NCBI RefSeq assembly: GCF_006345805.1
Contig: NC_042998.1
Location: forward strand, 110,918,001-110,982,000
Direction: 5' to 3'
Length of the DNA stretch: 64,000 bases
Origin: Octopus sinensis
Taxonomy: Eukaryota
Shown piece by piece: positions 1 to 12,074 of this stretch (within the stretch, counting starts at the first letter, position 1; each line of letters opens with the position of its first letter). The position numbers were made by a program, and so were the translations under genes. Under the pieces are notes generated by a model. That model saw only the letters and a program-made list of their open reading frames with translations, made no database searches and was not told the DNA's origin.

Positions 1-238
1 ATAAATATGTGGTTGTTTGAGGAAATAGTTGGGTAGTACCTTGGTGAATAGATCATATCCTACAGGACTATAAATAGAATCGGCAAGTGGTAGGGACGTC
101 AGCCATAGAGACAAAGGACTCTTCGCAGCCTTTGGGTCAGCAGAGTTCAAATATGTTTACTACTACCAGTGACCACTGAGCGCGCTACCTTGAAATAAAG
201 CAATTCACCCTGTTCTATTTGTAATTGCTGGTAGGAAA

Positions 239-292
<54 letters not shown>

Positions 293-293
293 C

Positions 294-661
294 ACAAAAT
301 ATTCTATAATTATAATCATAAATATAATTATAATCAGGGGTCAGCTCACGGCTTCGCCATGTACCGAAATTAGAACTATTAGGTAATGCCATTTCAATTA
401 CCATAAGTATCTCCGAGACAATGATACACTTATTTATGCAGGCAACAAGAAAATCCACAGAGCTTCGACTTATAATTAATCGAAGTCGTGTGGATTCATC
501 ATTTTTTTTTTTGCCTGCATAAATATGTGTTATTGTCTCAGAGATACTTATGGTAGTTGAAATGGCATTAACTTCTATTTCTAATTTCGGTACGTGGCTA
601 AAGCAGTTAGCTGACCCCTGATTATAGTTATATTGATGGATGTAATTATAGAATATTTTGT
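294..661. mobile_element. Fold-back/MITE-like palindromic element (~370 bp)
   Basis: Left arm acaaaatattctataatta...aatccaca is the reverse complement of right arm tgtggatt...taattatagaatattttgt over ~170 bp with scattered mismatches; centre cttcga(469-479 loop)tcgaag. No ORF. Confidence 0.8.
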
Positions 662-773
662 ATAATTCACATATAAAGGTTATTTTAACGTACTGACTAC
701 TTGGTAAAATTATTAATTATTAATCAATCAATTAATTGATTGATTAATTAATCTTACCATATGATATTATACA

Positions 774-831
<58 letters not shown>

Positions 832-863
832 CGATATTCACCTCGTTGAATTTTTAAATTTCA

Positions 864-880
864 GATTATTATTATTATTA

Positions 881-956
<76 letters not shown>
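864..956. repeat. (ATT)n microsatellite
   Basis: About 30 tandem ATT units, directly visible. Confidence 0.97.
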
Positions 957-957
<1 letters not shown>

Positions 958-1195
958 AATAATTGGCATTTTCTTCACATTCATTTTCCACAGTCGAGCT
1001 ATTTCGTAATTAACACGATTGTATATCTCTATTTTCTCCTTCATTCTTGACTACTCGTGGGTCACAGGGTACGCAACATCTATTATGTTGCACATGTGGT
1101 GCACCTTGTCCACCGCCATTAGGAGCATTTCTTTATTCTTTTGTAGCTGATATTTTGGGTCGGGAAATCCAACAGAACTTGCAGCCCCCTACTCC
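955..1195 (-). mobile_element. R4/Dong-like non-LTR retrotransposon fragment (restriction-like endonuclease region)
   Basis: Minus translation ...IIDVAYP...KEKIEIYNRVNYEIARLWKMNVKKMPIIV resembles the RLE C-terminus seen at 41164-41550 (IDITVP...KYKDLEIEISKMWKLKTKTIPVV); it breaks off into (AAT)n. Confidence 0.7.
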
Positions 1196-1208
1196 ATTAT
1201 AATTATTA

Positions 1209-1605
1209 CTGAACGAGATAGCAGCACATGTCATCACAGTGGCACAGGGATACAAATATACGATGCCCAAAATACCCATCATGTCTACCCGTCGGGTAAG
1301 TCTACACCAGACACATGCATCACAACTAAGATTAACATCGCATGACTTTGCAGGCGTGTCCCACTCAAAAGGTCTCTGATTAAGAGTTATCTAAGGATGA
1401 TGAACAAAGCCCCCATGTTTCTAGAGGTGAATTATTCAAACCCAAAACAATTCCTCTCAGTAGGTGGCTATAAAATTCCTTCACTACTCCTATTCATGAT
1501 GAGAGATGCACATATCGGTAGCCACTAAGGGACATGCTCAGTTGGTTATGGTCAACCAATTGACAAGCAAATATATGTATAGAACAGAATATATACTGTA
1601 GCCTG
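1209..1605 (-). mobile_element. Non-coding dispersed repeat ('element B'), 5'-truncated copy
   Basis: Reverse complement aligns with 41960-42612 (tttgcttgtca..., cccttagtggct, ctgagaggaatt, gaataattcacc.ctagaaac, gacgggtag..atgatgggtat). Confidence 0.8.
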
Positions 1606-1667
1606 AAATCGAGAGATTTCAAAGGCATAGTTGTTATTAGTGTTGTTTCCATTGTTTTTGCTTGTAT

Positions 1668-1681
1668 AAGTAGTAGTATTG

Positions 1682-1757
<76 letters not shown>

Positions 1758-1788
1758 GATCATCATCATCATCAGCAGCAGCAGCAGG
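1668..1788. repeat. Compound microsatellite (AGT)n-(CAT)n-(CAG)n
   Basis: Directly visible. Confidence 0.95.
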
Positions 1789-1969
1789 TTGAACCGACTC
1801 CAGAAAGTTTGTTGAATTTTGTCGGGAAAAATTTATTTACTGTTATCGACTTTTGCTAAGAACCCTATATTCACTCGAAGAAGAGATGAACTGCAAATTT
1901 GTGCACTTTTAGTGCATAATTCATGTAATTTTTTAATCTTTATTCTTGCGTTTATTTTCTCGTTTCCAG

Positions 1970-2010
1970 CTATGACGTCAGTAACGCCCACAATCAGGTT
2001 CAGCGAATAG
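1970..2010 (+). CDS. Candidate 41-nt internal coding exon of an unidentified host gene (..YDVSNAHNQVQRI..)
   Basis: Long pyrimidine tract ending ttttctcgtttccAG (1968-1969), open frame, donor atag|GTAGAG at 2011; ends in phase 1, matching the exon at 6797. No homology recognised. Confidence 0.4.
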
Positions 2011-2676
2011 GTAGAGGAAAAATTTTCTCATAACACTACCAACTTCATCAGATAATTTTTGCACAGAACAATAACAGCTATGCCAAAAATAACAACAGTG
2101 ATGGTAATGATGACGATGACAATAACATAAAGAATAACATTTTTTAAATCAAGAACATAACCATAAGCAGTAATGATTCCAACAACAACAACAACAAAAG
2201 TAACACACCTTTTACAGTCGAACATCTTATGAAGTGGAATGGGAGGAAAGCGAGCTCAAGTTGCCATTCCAACTGATGTTTTGGATCTTGCTACAGGAAA
2301 GGCATTAGTGTAACCCTATGTATCAGATAAATCCGATGCCTACAAGCGGAAACACACCAGGTGGAAAGTGATTCCAGGAAGAAATTGATAGAGGTTATAT
2401 AACTAGTGCAAAGGGGTTCCAGAGTAAGAAGGTCTACTTCAAAAGCGAAGCCTACATTCTGAGGGACTCCTTAGTTCCCTTACGAATTCACCTATCACCT
2501 AAGTCCATTGTGAAGATCGTCCCACCGCTTATCTTTGTACTAGAAAGACGATCAATTTTTATGTCTAGTGGCCTTAGGGAAAGTGATTCTGCGGTAGTAC
2601 AGGCTGAAATGGTTAAAGACACATATTCTTCTTCGTCTAAGCCTTCATCGTTTTTCTAGTTTCTCATGAAAAGGAA

Positions 2677-2683
2677 TGTGTGT

Positions 2684-2721
<38 letters not shown>

Positions 2722-2762
2722 GTGTGTGTGTGTGTGTATGTGTCTATGTGTGTCTCTGTGTG
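2677..2762. repeat. (TG)n microsatellite
   Basis: Directly visible. Confidence 0.95.
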
Positions 2763-3086
2763 GAGGGAATTGCTGTCTTCCAGCAATATTTTGATAGGTC
2801 GATAAGATTAACAAGAATGAACTGAAGACCTAATATAAGTATACCCCTGTAGATTGAGAGAGGGAGATGGAGAAAGGGAAAGCCGTCAGAATAACTGTGA
2901 GATCACCAAGATCATCTTTCTGGAATCACCTGACAATCTGGCGAATTATTTCTTGTTTGAATTCTTTTATTTTCTGTATGTACGTTTTTTATGTGATCCC
3001 ATATTTTATTTTACAGTCCTATATCGTTCCCAATCGTTTTGTAAAATCTCTTAGTAATAAATAAAAATTAACTTTATTTTTTTCTA

Positions 3087-3215
3087 GCAGAATCGTTGTC
3101 AAGTCGGAAAAATGCTAAGCAGATTTTCGTCACATGCCACCCAAATCGACATTGCCTTTTATCCTTTCAAAGTCGATACAAAAATGCCCAGCCGTGCACT
3201 GGGATCGTTTTAATC
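3087..3215 (+). mobile_element. Degenerate tRNA-derived SINE (family 2)
   Basis: gcagaatcgtt...aaatgctaagc...tcgacattgccttttatcctttcaaagtcgat matches the family-2 copies at 38059 and 40750. Confidence 0.6.
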
Positions 3216-4731
3216 AACTTCCCAAATTGATGTGCCTGGTAGCCACATTTAAATACATTACAGAAATTCAAGGAAACTGCAGTCTCTTTAAATAATTATT
3301 GAGTGTTTTCTTTGAAAGTGCAATAAATATGTTAAATGTAATATCGCGCTTTACAGAATCATCAAAACCAGGATTACTTATCGCGAGTGTTTATCTTTAC
3401 TGATGTGTTAAGTTTAGGTCTCAGAAAGGGGCTATGCGGTTTTCAACTTTAGAAATAACGAAAATGTGATACAGCGAAGTATGAAATGAAATTGCCAAAA
3501 GATGTAGTGTTATGAAGTGGAAACAAAATACACGAATGCCAATGCTGGAATGACTCTGTCCATATGTAACCTCATGTGATGTTGACCGTTGGCTTAAATA
3601 GCAACTCATGAGACACTGAGGATATCTTCTTTGTAAAAGGCTGTAACAGTTTGTAAAATCCTGCTCTTCCAACACTATAGAAAGAACGGCATTGGCTTAT
3701 ACATGATTGGATAGTTGTGTCTGAAATATTTATAATCAAAGATGTTCTTTATTTAGACTGATATGTTACGAAACATTTTTGTTATTAATAAGTGAGAGTT
3801 CTGTGGTTGAAGGAATCTTCCCTTATACTTTAATAATATGTATTCAATAAGTGTAGAGCTTGTGCACTGGATTTGTTATATCCATATTGGAAGATATACG
3901 CCTATTTTTGCCTTTGTCTAATCTTTACTCAGCACTCCTCGGCATTTTAATCTGTTCTATAAATTTTATGTCCTAATATTTCTTCCTCCTATCATTGTAA
4001 TTCGTGCACTTTCCTTGGAGGAACCTGGAGATAGTTTTCCCTGAATAGGTCTCGTCAGTACATGAGTTAATATTACATTTGATGTTTCCCCAAATACTAT
4101 ATTAACTCTTAATAGCTTTCTAAATTCTAGGCATGATCTAAATTTGCGTTAGCGCACGTAATTTTCAACTTTCAACTAGCAGGACACTCAATTTTATGTC
4201 AAATCGGATTTTAACTTAACTTCACTCAATCCTTTCATTAGGTTAACATCAACATCTGCAGCAATTTCCCAAATCGCTCACTTAAGTAAATGTAATCAAT
4301 GTTATGTAATGTCATCATTTATTGAAAGTGAAATATTTTCGTGCATATTTCAGCTCAGAAAATGTATGTCGCCAGAATATTGCTTATTTCTGTAGCTGAC
4401 TGGCACATAAGTCTGTCTGACATCACTATAATGAACTCAGTCCCTCGGCAATACGTGGCTTCCACATCCACCACTCAGGGCCTCTAGAGCTAACCACTTT
4501 CCCTCCAATTGCAACCAAGACTCTCACTAACCGTTTTCCGCGTTCATTTCTACCGAAAACCTTGTCCTTCTGGAATGTCCTTCATGCTCATGCTTTTTTT
4601 CCTGCAGTTATAGACTTGCAACAGTAGAAATAGTACATGAACCTCGTTACTACAACAAATCTCAGAGAGTTTATAATAGCCATGGGAAGTAAAAGATGAA
4701 AACAATTTCAATGCTTTCTAGTTCCCAAACA

Positions 4732-5987
4732 TTAGGTCGTTCCATAAATAATGCGGGTTTTATACTTCTTTTATTAACCAAAATTAGATAAACAAAGTTG
4801 TTTTTTAATCTAAAATATACTCCCATTCATTGTCTACAATGCTCTTCCATCTATCAGATAGCATTGCAAGGCCGCTCTTCCAAAATTCTCTTGTCTGTGA
4901 TGGAAAATACTTTTCCAGTACTGTTCTGACTACGTCAACAAAATTCACATTTTTTCCGCCCAAATAATTTTGAAGACTGCAGAATAAATAATAATCAGAT
5001 GGTGCAATTTCCTACGAATATGGTGGGTTGGGCATCGTTTCCCTTTTAAACTGCTTCAGCTTTTGGAATGTCATCGTCGCTGTATGTGGCCGAGCATTCT
5101 CCTGATGGACGAAAACCTTTTGCCTTGAAACAAAAGATGACCGTTTTCCTTCTAGCGCTGACTTAAGCCACTCAGGCGGTTCACTGTAGATCTCCTTTGT
5201 TATCGTTTGATTTGGGTTTAAAAGCTCATAGTGGACTAAACCTTTTATATTCCACCAAGCAGATAACAATACCTTACGTGATTGAAGACCTTTTTTTATC
5301 TTGGTGTGCCGGTGTTTCACCTTTCCCTACCCACTCTCTTCGGCGCTTGACATTTTTATATTGTCACCAGTCAATATTCGGTCCAAAAAAGGTTAATTTG
5401 TGAGACGTGTCAGGAAAGTTGAATACACATTCACACTCTGCGCGCGATTTGTTTGTGAGCAACCCAATGACTGAATTTACAGACTTTTTCCGATGGCACA
5501 CATGTATCAATGAATGGTTGAATGATCAAATCCAATCTTCTCTGCTACTTACTCAAAAGTCACGATGGGATCTTATTGCACCAGGGTTTTGCAGGACGTC
5601 CTCGTCGTGCTCTACATATCTTCCAGGACGACGCTCATCTCCTAGGTTGCAGTTTCCGGCTCGGAATTTCTGGAACCAGCGTTGACACTATTTTATGCTT
5701 ACTGTTCGATCCCCATATACTGCATTGATATTCCTCGCACTTTCCATTGCGTTGTTGCCTTTATTGAACTCATGAAGCAAAATATGCCGAATATGCTACT
5801 TTGTCACTTCCATTAGAGCTTTGAAAAAATAGCTGTTAAAATCGAACTGCACTCTTCAAAACTTGCACTAAGAATAAGTACAAGGAAAAATTACTACCTG
5901 CTTTTATATCATGTTGATGCAGCTTATCCCGTCCCCCTACGACTTTTAGATCATACAAGTGAAAAAGTTATTTATGGGATGTACCAA
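4732..5987 (-). mobile_element. Near full-length degenerate mariner transposon (~1.26 kb)
   Basis: Minus-strand transposase remnants: HILLHEFNKGNNAMESARNINAVYG (N-terminal HTH), KVLLSAWWNIKGLVHYELL, HQENARPH, PNPPYS; imperfect terminal inverted repeats (ttaggtcgttccataaataa / ttatttatgggatgtaccaa); multiple stops and frameshifts. Confidence 0.88.
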
Positions 5988-6796
5988 TAAATATTACACA
6001 ATTCTTTGTATGATATAGGAACTAATTGTACTTCGACATAACATTATGTTAATGCATATAATGCTGATTGAATGTCCTTGACTTAAAATATTCTATATCA
6101 ATATTTCTGTAATTTTATCATCAAGTATAATATAAAATGATAATGTATATAATAATGGTACATTTATTTGATAATATTCAAATAATCGCTGAATTTCTTT
6201 AATAGTGAACATTGAAGTTTTACAAGGTTTAACTTAAAATCTGAAATAGTCTGTATTTCCTCTGATTGTCTCACATCTGACATATTACTGAAACCTTATA
6301 TTCTGACTTAAAGCTTCGGCGGTTGTATTGATTTCTTATAAAGCGGTCGGTGATATCTGTTGTCTGGGAACAATTTATTGAAAGCTATTTCGTTAAATAA
6401 ATGCTTGAGACACACACATTTATATATATATATATACATACGTATATACACACACACACTTACATACATACGCACACGTGTGTGTGTGTGTGTGTGTGTG
6501 TTGAAGCAAAGTCACTATTATTGAACAATTGCAATTGTCTACCAAATTTTATACGCAGTTTCTGATAATAGATATGTCATCTATTATTGTGGGGAGAAAA
6601 ATACGCATCAAACAAAAAATTATTGTCCCAGGTTCCACTGAGGTAAAATAGGTATGTGCCAAAAAAAAAAAGAGATGTTAAGAAACTGAAATTTTAATGG
6701 AACAGTATCAAGTACAATACTTTAGTTGTGTATCAAGTATCAATGCTATAGTCGTGCATTTTGGCTTGTCAAGTTATATTTTCCTTTATTTTTCAG

Positions 6797-6820
6797 TAAC
6801 TCTCTCGCCCACACATCCAG
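6797..6820 (+). CDS. Candidate 24-nt microexon (..VTLSPTHP..)
   Basis: ttttcctttatttttcAG|taactctctcgcccacacatccag|GTAATT: strong acceptor and donor, length a multiple of 3, open in phase 1. Confidence 0.5.
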
Positions 6821-7469
6821 GTAATTTCTAACTCATCTCGCCTATAACACAGACCATTACGATTATCACAACTACCATACTCATCATTTAAGGGCATGAT
6901 TTAACAGGTTATGTCAAACTTTCGCTAATAGTTTTCAGTGGTTAGATAGCAAAGACACACTCGGTTCTTTCTCACTTCGACTCTGTAGCATATCAATCAT
7001 GTAACAGCTGGAGAGAAACAGATTTTACGAACATTAGGAAGGTAATCCTTTTCACATATATACAAACTGGGATTCTCATCACAGTGCTAGCCTAATTTTG
7101 ACTGTTTTATATAGTAATAGACCTACTGAATGGTGAAGGAAACCAGATGCTTCTTCACTGAGAAACGTATAACAAACCTTGAAACAGTCTATCAGGAAAA
7201 TTTCATCCCCTTTTACCGATTATAAATAGCATATAGAAAAATGTGTTTACTTAATTATTTCACCCACAATGAGGATTTGCAAAGGTTTAATTTATTTCAG
7301 TCCTTCTGATTTACATTGCACTGTGCATAAAAGAGGTAATGTTTGGTTATTGACAAAACGTCAGATGTACAAGTATATAAATTAGGTTGTCCTCCGTGGA
7401 GTTGTTGCAATCTATATCTCTTTTGCGTAGCAGCTGATCCCATCTATGCTTAGCTCCTGCTCAATATCA

Positions 7470-8760
7470 CGATTCAGACATGTTTGAAGATGATGCAGCC
7501 AAGAACAGTACCTTGAATAAGGTTGCATCTCGCTGTTTCCAGGCAAAATTAGGATGCTCTTTGCTATCATTGCTATCAATCGATCTTTTCCTTTTGATCG
7601 GCATGTCGATAAATTAATTTTTGTAAACTAAACACTTTCAAGCGTCGGATACTGGTAGAATGCGTCACATAGAACTTCTTTTACCCTTATCGTTGTTGAG
7701 AAAAGATTCTATTTACGAAGTTATTTCGTGTTAAAGTTGTCGTATTAGGCTAATTTCAACCAATCAATGACGTCTATTGAGCTGAATAAAGTTATTACTG
7801 TTGTTTGTCAACAACAACTTCCGACGGTGTATATTTCATTTGTCACTGTTATTTATGACATATTTCATCTCAGTTACGTTCGTATCAATAAACGAGTGTA
7901 TCTGAAGCATGTTTACTTCACCACAATCGTTCGTGAATTTCTACTGCTTTTAGGGTTTTTTTTCTGTTTTTCAACTGCTATTCTCCCGCCCCTACCCCCG
8001 ATATTTCGCAAATTATTTTTTTTTTAAATTAAAACAATTTTTTTTGCCAAAAACTTTTCTAACAACGTTAAGAGTAAAAGATGTTCTATATGACACATTC
8101 TACCAGTATCCGAAGTTTGAAAGTGTTTAGTTAAAAAAAAAATTATTTATCGACCTGCCGATCAAAAGGAAAAGATCCCTATCATTTTCTCTGGTTGTTC
8201 ACCATCAGATGCTCAGCAATTTTGGCATAATCAATAGAACAGCATGACTGTAGACATATTGTATCAAGCAACCATTGCAGTGTACAACCAAGCACTGCAT
8301 CACATTGAAAATAATGTACAGAAATTCGCTGCCATGGAATTTGAACAATGTGTATAGTCAGCTACATTATGAACTACAATTGTTACTCGCAGTTGAGAAA
8401 TGTTTTCAACATCATCTATAATATTCAACAATTCGAGCGATATATCCACAAAGATATAGCCAGGTAAATAACAAGCTTATACAAGGATTAAAACAACAGT
8501 AACATCTAAATCGTGTGGAATAATTTTAGCTGATACTTGTGATGGATTGAGAAAAACTATTTTTAAACAACTAGATAGCAGGAAAAAATGTATTCACACA
8601 TTCAAATTGCTGTTGAAGTGATTTCCTCCGGAATTATAGCAACACTTATCAGAACTGCTGACACGTGGAAGAGCTACTTAAACTACATTTTGACTCACGC
8701 TCAAACTTGCACACAATGACAGTCGTGGGTGCACTATTGGCAAAAAATCTGCACAAGTTT
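7470..8760 (+). mobile_element. Degenerate Helitron RepHel (PIF1-like helicase) fragment, interrupted by a fold-back element
   Basis: KIRMLFAII [insertion] IIFSGCSPSDAQQFWHNQ*NSMTVDILYQ...YNQALHHIEN; then CGIILADTCDGLRKTIF (degenerate Walker A) and AVEVISSGIIATL (A-SSGIAATLL motif of Helitron helicases). Confidence 0.7.
7581..8178. mobile_element. Non-autonomous DNA transposon with ~120-bp terminal inverted repeats
   Basis: gatcttttccttttgatcggca.gtcgataaat...ggatactggtagaatg..tca.atagaac is inverted at both ends; flanked by ctatcaat (7573-7580) / ctatcatt (8179-8186), a putative 8-bp TSD. Confidence 0.85.
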
Positions 8761-8975
8761 TGAAGTAGCCTAAATTTAAAGCTTGTCTTAACGGCCAAAT
8801 TTAAAATGTCTTACAAACTAGCATTTTAGTTTCTCGTTGTAACTTAGAAATCTTAGAGGTAAATTTAATATAATAATGGTAGTTTTGTACTTTGATTGTC
8901 CTAAAATACACAGGCTGGTGTGTAGTGAACATGCTAAAATACTTTTATATTTAAATATGCTACGAGGAATACATT

Positions 8976-9110
8976 GGCTCTGAATTGGTAGAGTTGTTAG
9001 AGTATCAGACGAAATATATTGCGAACTTTATTCTTGTACATTACATTCTGAGGTCAAATACCACCGAGTTAACTTTACTTTTCATCCTGCGGAAATGGAT
9101 GACACACCAG
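8976..9110 (+). mobile_element. Degenerate SINE (family 2)
   Basis: ttctgaggtcaaataccaccgagttaactttacttttcatcc resembles the family-2 B-box and central domain. Confidence 0.55.
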
Positions 9111-10379
9111 GTTAGGTGGGAAGATTGCCGCAAACGTTAGGGTGCTTCACATGAGACTTTCCAGTATTTATTTCTGGATCTTTCAATCTAAAATCAAAAC
9201 CTGCCTTGGATTCAATTTACTAAGTATAGTTTGTAGACATAAGCTGTCTCCTTGTTTAATATTATCATCTAAACGCGTATGCATGGAAGATACTCATGGG
9301 TACTGACCTTTCCTGCTGACAAAGAAATAGAAAAATTATTACTCTGTAGAAAAAATAATATTTCATTGCTTCTCCTTTTAGAAATTTATTATCTCTTGTA
9401 CTGATAATTCCAAATGCGTTTTCTTACATATTGATGCATACAAGGGAAAAGCATTTTTCTTTTATTTGCTAACTACTCTACCACATCGTTTGTTCCTCTT
9501 GTGTAACATTAATATCTGTTAATGCTATACTTATAAGATGCATACATATTGCGTTATAATTATTGAAAATCGAACATTGCATTTAGCTTTAATTTCAAGT
9601 TAGTATTTCTTACATAATTTACATAACATCCTTGGCGAAAATGGAAAACATTTCAGTCTCACCCAATGTCTGTGCTCTGCATGAGTTTGTTCTGAAGTGT
9701 TATCTAGTAAATGCTGTCTTTTAAGGAAAATATGGAAGTGATCCACTATATCAACATCCTTGATGAAGTATTCATTGTACTGTTTTAATTAGGAAATATA
9801 TATCTAGATTTTGTAACTTTTCAGTATTATGATTAATTTCGAAATATTCTACAGCATCTGTTTGAAGAATCCTTTGAAATTCATGTTTGTAATATGCTGA
9901 AGATACATTATGTCAGAAATTTACCAGTATAGATTCTGATAGTAATTCATTACACTTTGGCACGACAGTGATAATAAAACTAACGCCTTTTTTATGTTAC
10001 ATTCTCTGATTAAATTTGTCACGATTTTATTCTCGCTTCAAATGATAGTTTTTAGTTGGTGTACGCTATTAGCATTCGCAAGAATTCTCACAGTTTGTTT
10101 CGTTTAAAGTTCCTTTGAACAACTGAATCACAGATCTTTCTGTCCGAAATGCCTTTTTATATCTTTCGCTCTATCAGTGGGATAGCATTTTCTTTTAATG
10201 TCTCTCATCTGCTTTCTATTAAGCTTTTTTATCAATTTTATTCCACTGTACGTTCGTCATTACTTATCAATCTTTCCTTCAGAATGTCTGGCTATATAAT
10301 ATACATCACGTTGGATGAAGACTGCTATAATTTATGATTATATTTCTAGTGGACATTTCAAACGTGTCTATTTATGCTT

Positions 10380-11220
10380 TGATCATAGGAATGACTTCTA
10401 TATCAGTCAGTTGCAACAGCCCACCGGTGTTAATTGAATCAAAAAGGTCGCAATATTCAGTTTCGATTTTAACACTAATTTCTGCTTTTTATACATAACG
10501 TTTTTTCAGCTTTCATCTATTACATCAACACTAGCAATTTTATCTCATAATTTTTTAGTTCTCCAATGACTATTCATGATTTTTACTACTTCTTAACGTT
10601 AATATATTCAATTTTAAAATAACAAATTTAATATTTAGAAAAGAAAAACAGAAGCAGAATAGAAAGGATAAATTATGATCTCCAGCTAAATTTTGCTCGA
10701 GAGTTTCTTTCTTAAGTTAATATCCAATTATAGTTTTCCCATGTGATTTCTGCAACGATATTAGGAAAATATAATTTCTTGGAATATATCTGTCCTTAAA
10801 GAAATAGATGAAAATCGTTGACAAATTCATTCCCAGTAATCATGCATTTCCTTTATGCTTTCTTACATCAGTTTCTCTTGCTGTTTCTTACATCCTCAAT
10901 CCTATTTGATCTGGCCCATGTTCAAAGATGTCCCAGACGTGAATATCTACTTCTTTTGTAGATACAAAATTACATTGTTCAATGTATTCTATCTGTTTCA
11001 GCCACGGTAATGAAAGTTTTATTCAATGGTATTAATGATTTGTTCATAAATGGACCCTGGTCAAATAACTGTAGTGCACGATCTGATTGTGTTTTAGGAG
11101 ACATTTTTAGCAGAGCGAACATCCTGAAGGGCCTGAAATGCTCCCTTTTGGTATTGTGCGTATTAAATGATAGAAAATAACTAAACGTGGAAATTTCAAG
11201 TTTCATAGGAAAATCTTTCA
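10380..11220 (-). mobile_element. Very old R4/Dong-like retrotransposon remnant (tentative)
   Basis: Weak minus-strand peptide similarity: KIETEYCDL...DIEVIPMI (RLE end) and KKETLEQNLAGDHNL (cf. KAETEGFI.AAQDQ.L). Confidence 0.3.
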
Positions 11221-11982
11221 TACATACAGTAGATTTTTTATATTGGTCCTAATTACCAAATTCTATTACTCATGACTTGATGTAAAACTGTACGCTATCT
11301 ATTGTAATGAACTTCTACAAATAGTAAGATTGCTTTTGTCGCCAAAGAACTATATCTTATTGTAATCAGGCAATTAGGTTATCGCTCACGGTGTCAAAAC
11401 ATTATTTCTTACTCTCCTGCTATAGAAAAGTACAAACAATAATTACTTAGTTGGTTGTCGCTTTTTCAACGATTCAATTATGCAATTAAACCAAGAGAAA
11501 GCAAAGCGCGGTTAAGCCCCAAAACTGATACATCCTCTCCGTCACAGGATTTATACGTAAATACATACATACACACACAAACACCCACACACATACACAC
11601 GAACGCACATACATATCCACACACATACATACACACACACGCTGAAATATAGAGGAATCTACAGATACACTATACAGATTACAAGTTCAGGTTTATACCT
11701 GTAATTATCGAGGCACCGACTAAAGTATAAAGCGCTACGCAAGCAATCGACTATGAGACCTCTGCATCTTATAGTAGAAAAAATTCTCAGTTAATCAAGT
11801 TTTATAAGATATTCATATATTCCTTTGTCACAGTTCTTTCTTATTACAACTCTATACTCAGCCAACACTAGGTTCTGAAACATACATTGGGTTTTACATC
11901 AGCTCATTGATCTCTCAATGGCTAGGCGAAATTTTGAAATATACAAATACACATACATACATACATACATACTCACAAATAC

Positions 11983-12013
<31 letters not shown>

Positions 12014-12074
12014 CGTGTGTGTATGTATGTATATATATATATAAAACTTAGATAAAACTTAGATATATTTCGAC

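Noticed and set aside
3420-4300. Possible ancient LINE RT remnant on the minus strand
   Set aside because: Only vague peptide resemblance (QCRSFYSV, RFLQG); no diagnostic motif intact.
4608-4688. Acceptor ttttttcctgcAG with open frame YRLATVEIVHEPRYYNKSQRVYNSHG
   Set aside because: Weak donor (GTAAAA), and its phase is incompatible with the flanking candidate exons.
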